Below are positions 1 to 11,285 of a DNA stretch of 55,291 nt, piece by piece. The position numbers and the translations under genes are program-made. Position 1 is the first letter of the stretch, and every line of letters begins with the position of its first letter. The notes under the pieces were generated by a model. The model saw only the letters and a list, made by a program, of their open reading frames with translations. It was not told the origin of the DNA and did not search any database. The DNA is taken from the NCBI RefSeq assembly GCF_001194135.2, contig NC_068996.1, positions 51,571,290-51,626,580 of the forward strand, read 5' to 3'. The stretch is from Octopus bimaculoides (Eukaryota).

Positions 1-208
1 AACGCTAATGACAACACCATCGGTCAATGCCGACAATGATGACAATGCCACTGCTGACGCTAATGACAACACCATCGGTCAATGCCGACAATGATGACAA
101 TGCCACTGCTGATGCTAATGACAACACCATCGGTCAATGCCGACAATGATGACAATGCCACTGCTGACGCTAATGACAACACCATCGGTCAATGCCAACA
201 ATGATGAT
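1..208. repeat. 55-bp tandem repeat, at least 3.7 copies, running off the window start
   Basis: gctaatgacaacacc recurs at 4, 59, 114 and 169 with near identity. Confidence 0.95.
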
Positions 209-640
209 GACAAAGTACTGATATTTTCAATCTGGATTTCATTATATTTACGATATGACTGGGGTGAGATCAAAGTCAATAGTGAAGAATTGTCTATAAT
301 TGTTGCAAGGATACAAGCTGTTTGCAAGCCTTTATTTCAAAATATATTTTGCTCAAAGTTGGGATCCTAGAAGCATACATTGTTGAAAATATTTAGTAAA
401 TTTATCTCAGTCGTATTTCATTTCTGTTACCAATATCATTAAACACATTGATCTGGAAGAGTTTGTAAAAACCATTGGTTCTTCTTCTTGGATTTTGTTT
501 CAAAAACAGAAAGAACATTCTGTGATCAGAAATATACTCATTTATTTAAATATTTCAGTAACTGAATTTCATGAGATTTAATAAATAAAAAAAACTGCTG
601 TAGAAAACATTTAGAGTGTACATGAGGTGTGGTGAATATT

Positions 641-1085
641 GGTTTCAAATTTTGGTACAAGGGCAGCAATTTCTGGGGAGAATGTAAGTTGATTACATTG
701 ACCTCAGTGTTCAACTGGTACTTATTTTATTGACCCCAAAAGGATGAAAGGCAAAGTGACCTCAATAGAATTTGAACTCAAAACATAAGGACAGATGAAA
801 TGCCACTAAGCATTTTGCTCAGCATGCTAACAATTCTGCCAGCTCACCGCCTTAATTGTGGAAATATTGGTTTCAAATTTTGGCACAAGGCCAGTAATTT
901 CAGGGGAGGAGGAGATAAGTCAATTACATTAACCCAAGTATTCAACTGGTACCTACTTTATTGACCCTGAAAGGAGGAAAGACAAAGTCAACGTTGGCAG
1001 ACTTTTGAACTCAGAATGTAGACAGACAAAGGCCATTAGGCATTTTGCCCAGCTCGTTAATGCTTCCGCCAGCTTGCTGCCTTAA
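641..1085 (-). mobile_element. Two head-to-tail tRNA-derived SINEs (family A; 641-855 and 869-1085)
   Basis: Head GGCGGTGAGCTGGCAGAA, B-box GAGTTCAAA and central TGCCTTTCATCC..GGTC.ATAAAATAAGTACCAG (Meta/Sauria-like core, by recollection). Confidence 0.85.
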
Positions 1086-1514
1086 TTGTGGTAAATATTA
1101 ACAGTAAATAATTGAATCTACTTTGAGCAAAATTATCATAAATTACCATAAATTATGTACTGCATAAAATGCTCACCTCTGAGTAGTATTTAGTGTAATA
1201 GACAAGGCGTACTCCTACAATCCTATTTGGATATATTTATGATTGAACAGACTCAGTTATGGAAGAATAGCATTTGCTAAGGATGCAAGAAAAATTTCCA
1301 AAATTTCTATATTCACATACAGTTCCATATAGATAGAAAGTTTCTGCTTAAACATGTGTAGACAACAGACAATAGGTATATAAATATAATATTTAGTACA
1401 CCTGTCCAGTATACCTGTCTGCTATGCATTGTATGCATTAATAATTGCTGTTATTTCTTCTAGAAATATTTTTTCAATACATATTCTCATTGCTTATACA
1501 AGTGTTGAAAATTA

Positions 1515-1950
1515 CATGGCTGTGTGGTTAGAAGCTTGCTTCCCAACCAAATGGTTTCTGGTTCAGTCCTACTGTGTGACACCTTGGGCAAGGGTTTTCT
1601 TCTGTAGCCCTCAACCAACCAAAGTCTGGTGAGTAGATTTGGTAGATGGAAATTGAAAGAAACCTTCCGCAAGCGCGCATGTGTGTGTATGTATGTATGT
1701 ATGCATGTGTATGTATAATCTATGAGTGTGTCTTTGTGTTGCTATAGTATTTGTCCCCACCATAACTTCCAAACTGGTGATGGTTTGTTTCTGTCCCCAT
1801 AACTTAGCAGTTCAGTAAAAGAGACCAATATAATAAGTGCCGGACTTAAAAATATGAACTGGAGGTGATTTGTTTGACTAAACCCTTCAAAGCAGTGCTC
1901 CAGCATGGCTGCACACCATTGACTGAAACAAGATGAAATATTAAAAAGAA
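1515..1950 (+). mobile_element. CORE-type SINE (family B, OR2-like) with internal TG/TA microsatellite
   Basis: tRNA head, CORE-like ACCTTGGGCAAG, internal microsatellite, tail ...GCAGTGCTCCAGCATGG...GACTGAAACAAG. Confidence 0.85.
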
Positions 1951-1957
1951 AACTTAC

Positions 1958-2024
1958 TTGATAATCTAACAATTCAGCCAGCTTTTCGCATCCATCATCA
2001 CAGGTGCCTTGCCAAAACACATCA
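1958..2024 (-). CDS. SIRT2: SIRT2 exon 14 (DVFWQGTCDDGCEKLAELLDYQ)
   Basis: tttcaatgcag|...|gtaagt; 67 nt; DV.WxGxCDxGCxxLAELL motif. The donor implies at least one more exon. Confidence 0.96.
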
Positions 2025-2101
2025 CTGCATTGAAACGAAATGGTAAGAAATCAGGAAAACAGCATAAGATATCTTTTAAAGTTTGAATAGTTTTTGTGAT
2101 A

Positions 2102-3340
2102 TTAACCCTTTCGTTACCGTATTTCTGAGATGTTCTGTGTTTCTTTCAATTAATTTTAAATATAACAAAGAATTTAGTAAAATATCTTAGTTATCATTAA
2201 GCTAGTGTTAGGAACATTAACTGTGACTAAGGTTTGGTGGAAGATTTTAATTCAGAAGNNNNNNNNNNNNNNNNNNNNNNNNNNNNNNNNNNNNNNNNNN
2301 NNNNNNNNNNNNNNNNNNNNNNNNNNNNNNNNNNNNNNNNNNNNNNNNNNNNNNNNNNNNNNNNNNNNNNNNNNNNNNNNNNNNNNNNNNNNNNNNNNNN
2401 NNNNNNNNNNNNNNNNNNNNNNNNNNNNNNNNNNNNNNNNNNNNNNNNNNNNNNNNNNNNNNNNNNNNNNNNNNNNNNNNNNNNNNNNNNNNNNNNNNNN
2501 NNNNNNNNNNNNNNNNNNNNNNNNNNNNNNNNNNNNNNNNNNNNNNNNNNNNNNNNNNNNNNNNNNNNNNNNNNNNNNNNNNNNNNNNNNNNNNNNNNNN
2601 NNNNNNNNNNNNNNNNNNNNNNNNNNNNNNNNNNNNNNNNNNNNNNNNNNNNNNNNNNNNNNNNNNNNNNNNNNNNNNNNNNNNNNNNNNNNNNNNNNNN
2701 NNNNNNNNNNNNNNNNNNNNNNNNNNNNNNNNNNNNNNNNNNNNNNNNNNNNNNNNNNNNNNNNNNNNNNNNNNNNNNNNNNNNNNNNNNNNNNNNNNNN
2801 NNNNNNNNNNNNNNNNNNNNNNNNNNNNNNNNNNNNNNNNNNNNTTAAGAATTGTTTCTCTATTATATATTTTAACCCTTTTGTTACCATATTTCTGTTG
2901 AGATTCTCTGCGTTTCTTTCAATTAATTTTAAATATAACAAAAACTTTGTAAAATAACTTAATTGTTATTAAACTAGTGTTAGGAACATAAATTGTGACT
3001 AAGGTTTGGTGGAAGATTTTAATTAAGAACTTTTGAAAACAAGACATTTGTACTACAGAGCCAGAGGTGGTTTCAGGCAAGTTGGTATCTAAAGGGTTAA
3101 GAATTGTTTCTCTATTATATATTTAAACCCTTTTGTTACCATATTTCTGTTGAGATGTTCTGTGTTTCTTTCAATTAATTTTAAATATAACAAAGAATTT
3201 AGTAAAATAAGTTAGTTATCATTAAGCTAGTGTTAGGAACATTAACTGTGACTAAGGTTTGGTGGAAGATTTTAATTCAGAAGACATTTGTACTACAGAA
3301 CTAGAGGTGGTTTCAGCCGGGTTGGTATCGAAAAAGTTAA
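2102..3340. mobile_element. Tandem cluster of piggyBac-like MITE-1 copies (2106-gap, 2876-3096, 3128-3336)
   Basis: TTAA flanks with CCCTTT(T/C)GTTACC...GGTATC(G/T)AAAGGG terminal inverted repeats; internal sequence shared with the copy at 12824-13046. Confidence 0.8.
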
Positions 3341-3814
3341 TAAATAATCCCAAGTGAGAACTATATAACACATGTGTATATATATTACAGATGTTCGTTG
3401 AAAATATTAGGGTGTAGTAAGCAAGACAAAGATTAACATCAAAATCACTGATGAATCTTCTGTAAAGGTAGGAGCTACCAACAGTCTGTTTCCAACCCCC
3501 TTATACTCATTAATGTTCTTGAGACAATAATGCAGAATTCAGGACTGGTTTTCTTTGGAAAATTTTACATGTGGATAACCCAGTTCAATCAACAAAATCT
3601 GAGCCCTTGGAAAAATTTAAACATTTTTTTCTTCTCTTCTTTTTCTTTCATGAAGGACCCTAATCCAAACTGTTTGACTTTCCTTTTTTCCCCTCTTTAG
3701 TGTAAAATTAATTAGTTTATACACCACCACCACCACCCTCTCCCTTGAAAATCTTGAAATCTTTAATTTCAGTTATGTCTTTTCTTTAAAATTGAAAGAA
3801 GATATAAAACTAAC

Positions 3815-3867
3815 CGGTAATTATTTTCGTCTTGAGAATTGGAATATTCATTAAAAATAGATTCATT
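3815..3867 (-). CDS. SIRT2: SIRT2 exon 13 (NESIFNEYSNSQDENNYR)
   Basis: attttccag|...TAC CG|gttagt; 53 nt, phase 0 to 2; completes NYRDV with exon 14. Confidence 0.85.
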
Positions 3868-4464
3868 CTGGAAAATAGTAAATAAATCATGAAAAAAAAA
3901 ATTAGTTTGTGGCAAATAAATTGATAAAAGTGGATAATAATTATTTAATCAGTAAAACAGAAATGAGCAAATGAGTAGAAAAGGTAGGTAAGAATCATGG
4001 ACAGTGGTTGAATGCTTTTGAAGAATTTGGTTTAGATGAAAAAGAAAAATGGTTAGGAAAGGATGAAAGGCACAATAGTCTGTACAGATTCAGACAACGC
4101 CATGGTAATATCAACCAAATCTACTTTTGAATTTCTAATCCACAAATCATTATGAAACGGAGTTAATGTTTTTCAAGCAGTAAGATTAATTTCATCCAAG
4201 CTTAAATCAGTAATTTTAGTAGCAAAAATCAAATTTTGTTTTGTAGAATCAATGAAATTGATAAACAGTGTCAAATATTTTTTTTTACTTCATCTGCCTA
4301 TATCTGATTTAGATGGGCAAATAAGTCTAATTGATGGATTGATATCAAAGTTTGGTATATAATCCATTAAATTCAACTTAAGACATTTAAGTTGGGGTGG
4401 TTCTATTTGATCTGTTAATCCATATTTATTCATAATTTCAAAATTCAAATTGTTAAAGAAGGTT

Positions 4465-4535
4465 AATTTATTGCCTCCACCTTAGCAAAGGTGGAAGTAT
4501 TGTTTTCAGTCATGCTTGCTTGTTTGTTTGTTTGT
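4465..4535 (+). mobile_element. Helentron/HINE-like end fragment
   Basis: TTATTGCCTCCACCTT-AGCA-AAGGTGGA hairpin followed by a (TGTT)n tract; family call from recollection. Confidence 0.4.
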
Positions 4536-5850
4536 TCTACCAATGTCATCTACTGCATCTCCTGCTCTCTCTGCCCTACTCTATACATCGAGCAAACGGG
4601 ACGCCACTTGGCTGACACATTCGCGGAACACCTCCGAGACATCCGACTTGGCAATGACAACCTGGTCTCATGCCATTTCTGCTTTACTTGTCACTCTTTG
4701 CAACACCTGTCTGTGTTTGGATTGTCCTTGCACAGGGGCCATCCAGACTCCCGTTTGTGTTGTGAACAGGGATTAATCTTCTCTCTTTGCTCCTTTGCAC
4801 CACATGGGCTCAACTCTCCTCCCCTCTACATCTAACCTCCTCCCCTCTACATCTAACCTCCTCCCCTCTCCCTTCTCCCCCTCACACCTACTTCTTCCCA
4901 CCCACCTCTCCTCTCTTGCTCTGACTCCTACTTCTCTTCACTCCNNNNNNNNNNNNNNNNNNNNNNNNNNNNNNNNNNNNNNNNNNNNNNNNNNNNNNNN
5001 NNNNNNNNNNNNNNNNNNNNNNNNNNNNNNNNNNNNNNNNNNNNNNNNNNNNNNNNNNNNNNNNNNNNNNNNNNNNNNNNNNNNNNNNNNNNNNNNNNNN
5101 NNNNNNNNNNNNNNNNNNNNNNNNNNNNNNNNNNNNNNNNNNNNNNNNNNNNNNNNNNNNNNNNNNNNNNNNNNNNNNNNNNNNNNNNNNNNNNNNNNNN
5201 NNNNNNNNNNNNNNNNNNNNNNNNNNNNNNNNNNNNNNNNNNNNNNNNNNNNNNNNNNNNNNNNNNNNNNNNNNNNNNNNNNNNNNNNNNNNNNNNNNNN
5301 NNNNNNNNNNNNNNNNNTCCACCTAATCCACACCCCACCCTTGCTTTCCCCACTCTTGCTTCCCCCACCTCCCAACACCATCGCACCTCACCACACACCA
5401 CTACACCATACACCACCATACCACACAACACCACATCACATCACATCACACCACCACGCACACACTAGCACTGACCACTTCCAAGCCCCACATCCACACA
5501 CCTACACATACACACACGCACACGTCAAAGTCACCAGCCCTCTTCTACACGCACATACTCTCTTATACACACATATGCACACCTTTGTTTTGGGATCACC
5601 CCTACTTTATTATCTCCCCTTCTTCCTAGCTCTCCTGTGCAACCCCTCTGTCTGGCAGTCGCCATGATAGATCACTAGCCACTACACATTCTTTATTTTC
5701 TCTCCTTGTTTCTTTCTGTGTTCCTTTCTGTGAAAGAGCATAGGCTCAAAACATTAAAGACTTTTCCACTTCCCAAGCGTTAAACTAATACATCTGTTTG
5801 TTGTTTACACACCTGTCTTCGTCCTTTGTTGTTTTTTTGTGAATTTTCCC

Positions 5851-5852
<2 letters not shown>
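4536..5852 (+). mobile_element. Penelope-like element 3' remnant (GIY-YIG endonuclease, simple-repeat UTR, terminal repeat)
   Basis: NVIYCISCSLCPTLYIEQTGRHLADTFAEHLRDIR...EQGLIFSL.SFAPHGLN resembles the PLE GIY-YIG domain; terminal segment 5648-5852 has a hammerhead-like motif. Confidence 0.85.
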
Positions 5853-5888
<36 letters not shown>

Positions 5889-5889
5889 A

Positions 5890-6310
5890 ATGATCGCATT
5901 CATTAATTCTCTGAAGATGACCAGATAAACAATTTTTCACTTTGTGGGTCCTGAGGTGACTTCTTAGGCCCATTGTTGACATACAATTGTTACAATGGAG
6001 ATGCATAATAGCAGACCGAGGACCCAGTGGGACTCTTGCTTTCCATGCAGCCCTCCTCTCTTTAGTGTCTCTGGTCATATCAAATTCTGGGTGTTGTACT
6101 ACAGGGTACACATCACTACACCACAGTGAATGATCTTGAGCAAGACGTTCCCAAGTAGACAATTCTAAGTTACACTTTTTTAAGGTTGCCTTGAGAGTCT
6201 CTGTGTCTCCTCTTTGGTCCACCATGAAACTGAGAGCCAACTGCTAGTTCATCAAAGAAGACCTATTTGAGGAGTCTAGTCGGACATGCATACTATATTG
6301 TCCATTTCAC
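5890..6310 (-). mobile_element. RTE (BovB-like) LINE ORF C-terminal fragment
   Basis: Frameshifted RLLKxVFFDELAVG...GGPKRR..D.LKATLKKCNL...WERLAQD.SLW...GLRSHLRTH. Confidence 0.75.
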
Positions 6311-6311
6311 C

Positions 6312-6646
6312 ATAAATGGCACATAAAAGCACCTTTTGAGTGTTGGGCCTCACAGAGGCAATGATCGAGTCCATTTGGCATCATGCCATACTTGAGAAGA
6401 AAACCTATCAAGCTAAGTAAAACTGCAGTCATGCCAGATACCGGTGTCATGCAAATGACACCCATGCTGGTGGCATATAAAAGCACCCATTACAATCTCG
6501 GTTTGGTTGGCATTAGAAAGGGCATCCAGCCATAGAAACCATGCCAAAACAGTCTGGAATCTGGTGCAGCCTTCCAGCTTGTCAGCCCTGGTCAAACCAT
6601 CCAACCTATGCCAGCAGGGACAACAGATGTTAAATGATGATGATGG

Positions 6647-6676
<30 letters not shown>
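6312..6676 (+). mobile_element. RTE-type 3' tail element with (GAT)n tail
   Basis: Conserved GGTTGGCATTAGAAAGGGCATCCAGC...CCAACCTATGCCAGCA...GTTAAATGATGATGAT end. Confidence 0.8.
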
Positions 6677-6677
<1 letters not shown>

Positions 6678-6924
6678 GCCTTTGGTCTATCCTTTGCCTC
6701 CATCTCATTCATCGGTCCATCGCTCTTCTTACTAATTCCTTATTCTGCTGCTGTAAATTAAATGATAACAGAGCTACATATATCGTCATCTCTTCCTATG
6801 CATCTCTTTATCTTTCCATCTCCCCTGAACCACTTCCTTTTTGACATCCATCTCTCATTCTTAACATTGTTGTTCCCCATTCATCTTTTCCACTGACCAT
6901 GCTTTCTGCGCTGCCAGTCATCAT

Positions 6925-6970
<46 letters not shown>

Positions 6971-7214
6971 NNNNNNNNNNNNNNNNNNNNNNNNNNNNNN
7001 NNNNNNNNNNNNNNNNNNNNNNNNNNNNNNNNNNNNNNNNNNNNNNNNNNNNNNNNNNNNNNNNNNNNNNNNNNNNNNNNNNNNNNNNNNNNNNNNNNNN
7101 NNNNNNNNNNNNNNNNNNNNNNNNNNNNNNNNNNNNNNNNNNNNNNNNNNNNNNNNNNNNNNNNNNNNNNNNNNNNNNNNNNNNNNNNNNNNNNNNNNNN
7201 NNNNNNNNNNNNNN

Positions 7215-7330
7215 CCAACTTATGTTGGCTTGAAAAATGGACATTAAATGGTGGAGGGGAGGTGGTGGTGGTAGTTTTGGTGGTGGTGGTGGTGGTGGTG
7301 GTGGTGGTGGTGGAGGAGGAGGAGGAGGAG

Positions 7331-7363
<33 letters not shown>

Positions 7364-7376
7364 AATGACGATGACT
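7215..7376 (+). repeat. Short RTE tail plus compound GGT/GGA/GAC/GAT trinucleotide tract
   Basis: ccaacttatgttggcttgaaaaatggacattaaa followed by switching triplet runs. Confidence 0.75.
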
Positions 7377-7811
7377 GTGAGTATGTGGTGCATGTTTTGA
7401 GTAATTGAAGCATGGACATTTTCATTTGCTTAGCTGTGTTTCTTTAACTGCTTCGACAAAAGGTTAATGAAATTGAAATCTAAACTGGAGTCCCTAAGTC
7501 TGTCTGGTAATATTTACAGCATAATTGTGAGAATTCTACTTTCAAGGTATTTTAGTACTAATATCTGAATTGCAGAGAAAATGATATCTGTTCCCTGGGC
7601 AACAGTCAACCCACTAAAGTACCTTACCCAGGCCTGCATTCTGGGAAGGTTCCACATGTACAAATGTATAACATTCTAATGTTGAATTGGGCCAAAAAAG
7701 GAAAGTTTGTGACAATTTGAGAACATTTCAACAATAATTCTGAAAGAAAAAAATAATAAATTCAAAGTACAAAGAATACTGGATGAAAGTTAAAATGAAA
7801 CCATTACTTAC

Positions 7812-7857
7812 ATCTTTAGTCAGATTGATATATAATCGTGGGGTAGAGTTTGGAACC
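7812..7857 (-). CDS. SIRT2: SIRT2 exon 12 (VPNSTPRLYINLTKD)
   Basis: ttctttttcttag|...|gtaagt; 46 nt; TPRLxIN motif. Confidence 0.95.
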
Positions 7858-8321
7858 CTAAGAAAAAGAAAAATGGTCTATTTTTCATTTCCACAAAAAT
7901 GTTGTCATACGATACGAAGGTTAAGGGTAAAAGGAATTGGAAATAATTTTAAATAAAAAAAACTAGTCTTTCAATCTAACTAATTATCGTTTAGGTTGTA
8001 AAAGATAAGAAAACTTTTGCCTCTGGTTTCAACAAAGGACATCTTACTTTGAACAAAATGAAAAACGGCTTAAGTCAGTGAAACATGTATTGTGCAATTG
8101 AAGTGAAAGCTATACAGGGACTGGAGGGAATTGAAACATGCATGATGCCGACTGCTTCCAAGATGTTTTTGGTACTACATCACATCTGATCAGGACTCAG
8201 TTTTCAAGAAAAGTTAAAACCAGATCAGTTGAGATGTTTTTTTACCATATACTCAACATATCTGTTTTATTGACTATACCTTTTCGAATTTATATCATGG
8301 ACCAATAGCCTGCATTTGGTC

Positions 8322-8683
8322 ATGAATATGGCTGTGTGAGTAAGAAGTTTGCTTTGCAGTCAGAGGCCCTGAGTTCAATCCCCTTGTATGGCACTCAGAG
8401 TAAATATTCTCTACTTTGGCTGCAATCCAACAAATACTTTGTGTACTAATTGTACATATTCTTGCGTGTTAAGATTAATCTGTAGCCTGATTTACCTAAC
8501 CGTCCCTCTGATGCTGCAAAAACAAAAAAAAACTGATGATCTCTGTTACTTTCTCCTCTGACTAACTTCATTTAAGGATATAAAAAAAATTAGAAGTCTA
8601 TCTGCATCATGTATAAAAATTAATGGTGGTGCTCCAGCATAGCCACGACCTTTGAATGAAACCAATGATAGAATAATAGAATA
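8322..8683 (+). mobile_element. Degenerate family-B SINE
   Basis: Head ATGGCTGTGTGAGTAAGAAG...GAGTTCAATCCC; tail GGTGCTCCAGCATAGCC...TGAAACC. Confidence 0.65.
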
Positions 8684-9202
8684 CCTATATATCTTCTCTG
8701 TTGGTAATGTCTATATTCTGCACCTGAAGTAAAACTATGAATTATTTAAATATTCCAAAGTAAATGTTTCATTAGCTTGATTTTACTTCATTTCCAGAAC
8801 ACATATTCAACAGAGGAATAATAGATGATTGCAATAAAAATAGTCATCAACCCATCCACCTGACCAGTCATAGGTAACCTACAGCTCACAAGTGTTTCTG
8901 AAAGGCACACCTAACAAAAAGTTACTTGAATGTTCTTTAGTAGTTTGGCCCACCTGATGATAAGTCATGTCAAATGTAGACTGCTTCTTGAAAAAGGTTA
9001 TCTATGCCTGCACTTAAATATTACTAATTCATCTTCAAACATTTTTATGATAAGAAAAACACCTTTAATAAAATATCAAAACACAAAACATGATGTAGTT
9101 TTACAAAGAAGAATGGAAGGCTGTCACTTGTCTTCCTTCAAATATTACATTATTACAAATTTTACAATTAAACCTTAACATTTATGACATCCTAGAAACA
9201 TC

Positions 9203-9432
9203 CTCTCTACTACAGACACAAGGCCTGAAACTTGGGTGGGCAGAAGCTAGTTGATTACATCAACCCAGTGTTTAACTGGTACTTATTTTACCACCCACCC
9301 CCACTCCACCCCCATTCCCAAATGATGAAAGACAAAGTTGACTTCATGTGAATTTGAACTCAGAACATAAAGCTAGAACTTCTGCTAAGTACTTTGTCCA
9401 GTGTGCTAACAATTCCACCAGCTTACCACCTT
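9203..9432 (-). mobile_element. Family-A SINE (GGCCTTGTG..TAGTAGA tail)
   Basis: Same head and core as 641-855; ends ~35 nt from the exon 11 donor. Confidence 0.8.
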
Positions 9433-9466
9433 GGCATTCTAGAAATATCAAAAAGACAATACTCAC

Positions 9467-9543
9467 ATTGAAACAAGAGCAGCAAATGGCATAACTGTAA
9501 GTGATGTTCCAAGAATAATCAGTAAATCACAATTCTTGAAGTC
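9467..9543 (-). CDS. SIRT2: SIRT2 exon 11 (DFKNCDLLIILGTSLTVMPFAALVSM)
   Basis: ttctgtag|...|gtgagt; 77 nt; GTSL motif. Confidence 0.97.
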
Positions 9544-9594
9544 CTACAGAATTGAAAAAAATGAATATATTTATGTAAAGTATATAATCAATCT

Positions 9595-9915
9595 CTTAGG
9601 TGTGATCACTAAGAGATCCCACCCAGAATGAGAGCAGGGATAGAACTGGGGTGAAGGACATCGTCACAGAATACCACCATGCAAAGCTAAAATGGGGTGG
9701 TCATGTCACAAGGTTCACAGACAATCGGTGGACCCGTGCAGTTGTCAAGTGGTACTGTCGCAAATGGAAGAGACCATTCGGAAGACCTCCAATCAAGTGA
9801 AAAGCTGATCTAAGAAAAATGTTTGGAGCAATGTGAAGCACAAGGGGAATGGAGTGAATGGTGCAACCAGAGGGGCCAACTCAGCACCAGACAGCCTGGC
9901 CAATCCAGGTGATAT
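9595..9915 (+). mobile_element. RTE-1-like LINE fragment (post-RT region)
   Basis: RTGVKDIVTEYHHAKLKWGGHVTRFTDNRWTRAVVKWY.RKWKRPFGRPP. Confidence 0.8.
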
Positions 9916-10333
9916 AATTAATATATAAAAGTACATAATTAATCAGTTAGAAGCATTGTGATGGAAAAGAAAATATAATAATTTAGAAAATAAAGAATCC
10001 ACATCTGGCTCAATTAAGTATATCAACCTGTCAAAAGTTACAATTATATAAATTATCTCAAAATGCTTTTTGATAGGATAATGATTAATTACAGACCAGC
10101 TTCTTAGTTACATGCACTAGAGTAGCTAGAGGGTGTGCTTGCAAAAAACACATATTGCCTACAGCAGACCCAAAAGTGATGCCCGGGGTGGACCACCCCT
10201 ACTGCCCTCACCTAGCTATGCTAGTGATTACATGTTTTGCATTTAGGCATTTTATCCAAGCAAAGTAGCCAGTTGGAACGGCCATATTGACATGGTGATT
10301 AACTTTACTTGTCATTTTATCCAAATTCTACAG

Positions 10334-10875
10334 CAGGGGTCAGGGAACTTTTATAACCAATTACCCCAAAATATATTTATTTACGCCAACGTTGCCCCCT
10401 TGATTTGAAAGGAAGAAAATCATAGATTCTTTGAATTCGATTAAATCTATTTATATGGAGAATACAATAATAAGTATAAAATGTATAAAACAAATGCAAT
10501 AAAATAAATTAATATCCTCATTAGGAAACAAAAGGATTTTTCTAGAAACTTTTTCACTTTGAGTTTTGGAGAAATGATGTTGTTTCATTTCTGTTACAAT
10601 TACAGAGCAGTTTGGATACAGTCTTCAGGGTCCAATTGATTACTCTACTTTGTTTTTATGTTCATTAGAGATGAAAATCCTTGTTTTGCAAAGATAGGTT
10701 GTTGCAAAAGGCAGCAACTTTTTGACTGCCTCTTCATACCACAAGAAAAATTCCTGTTGTAAGAAGGAACACGTTTTTCATATAATTTTACTTATGTCTA
10801 ATTAATCCTCATTACCCCCCAAGAGTTTCATTTTTACCCCACTTGGGGTAATTTACCCTGGTTCACTGACCCCTG
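10334..10875 (-). mobile_element. hAT (Charlie/Buster-like) internally deleted element
   Basis: TIRs CAGGGGTCAGGGAAC / GTTCACTGACCCCTG; 8-bp TSD TTCTACAG/ATCTACAG; internal AVKKLLPFATTYLC..GFSSLMNIKTK...LDPEDCI (hAT dimerisation domain). Confidence 0.9.
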
Positions 10876-11285
10876 ATCTACAGTAAGTACCAAACGTAAT
10901 CTTTTATTGGTTATTATAACCTCACACACACCACACACACACAATGGGCTTCTTTCAGTAAATGGACAATATTTTCATACATAGGCATGAAAATTAGCAT
11001 AATCGAAAAAGAAACGCAAATTACCAAAGTTAAATGCTAAAATGATTAAAAATATTAAACATTTAGCTAACATAAACATTTCCTCACTATTTCTAATTAG
11101 GAATTTAATGTTTCTAATTAGGCACAAAACATTCACAACATTAAATAATGCAACATAAACTTAACTAAAGAGTGGATACTTTGATGCTACTGGAAGAGAC
11201 CAATTTTGCTAACAAAAAGGAGAAAAAAAAACAGTAATTTGAAATTACAATGAATAGGTACAAAATTTTATTAACAAATAATTAC

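Noticed and set aside
6413-7425. Poly-Ser/Thr/Asp/Val ORFs
   Set aside because: Trinucleotide tails of retroelements.
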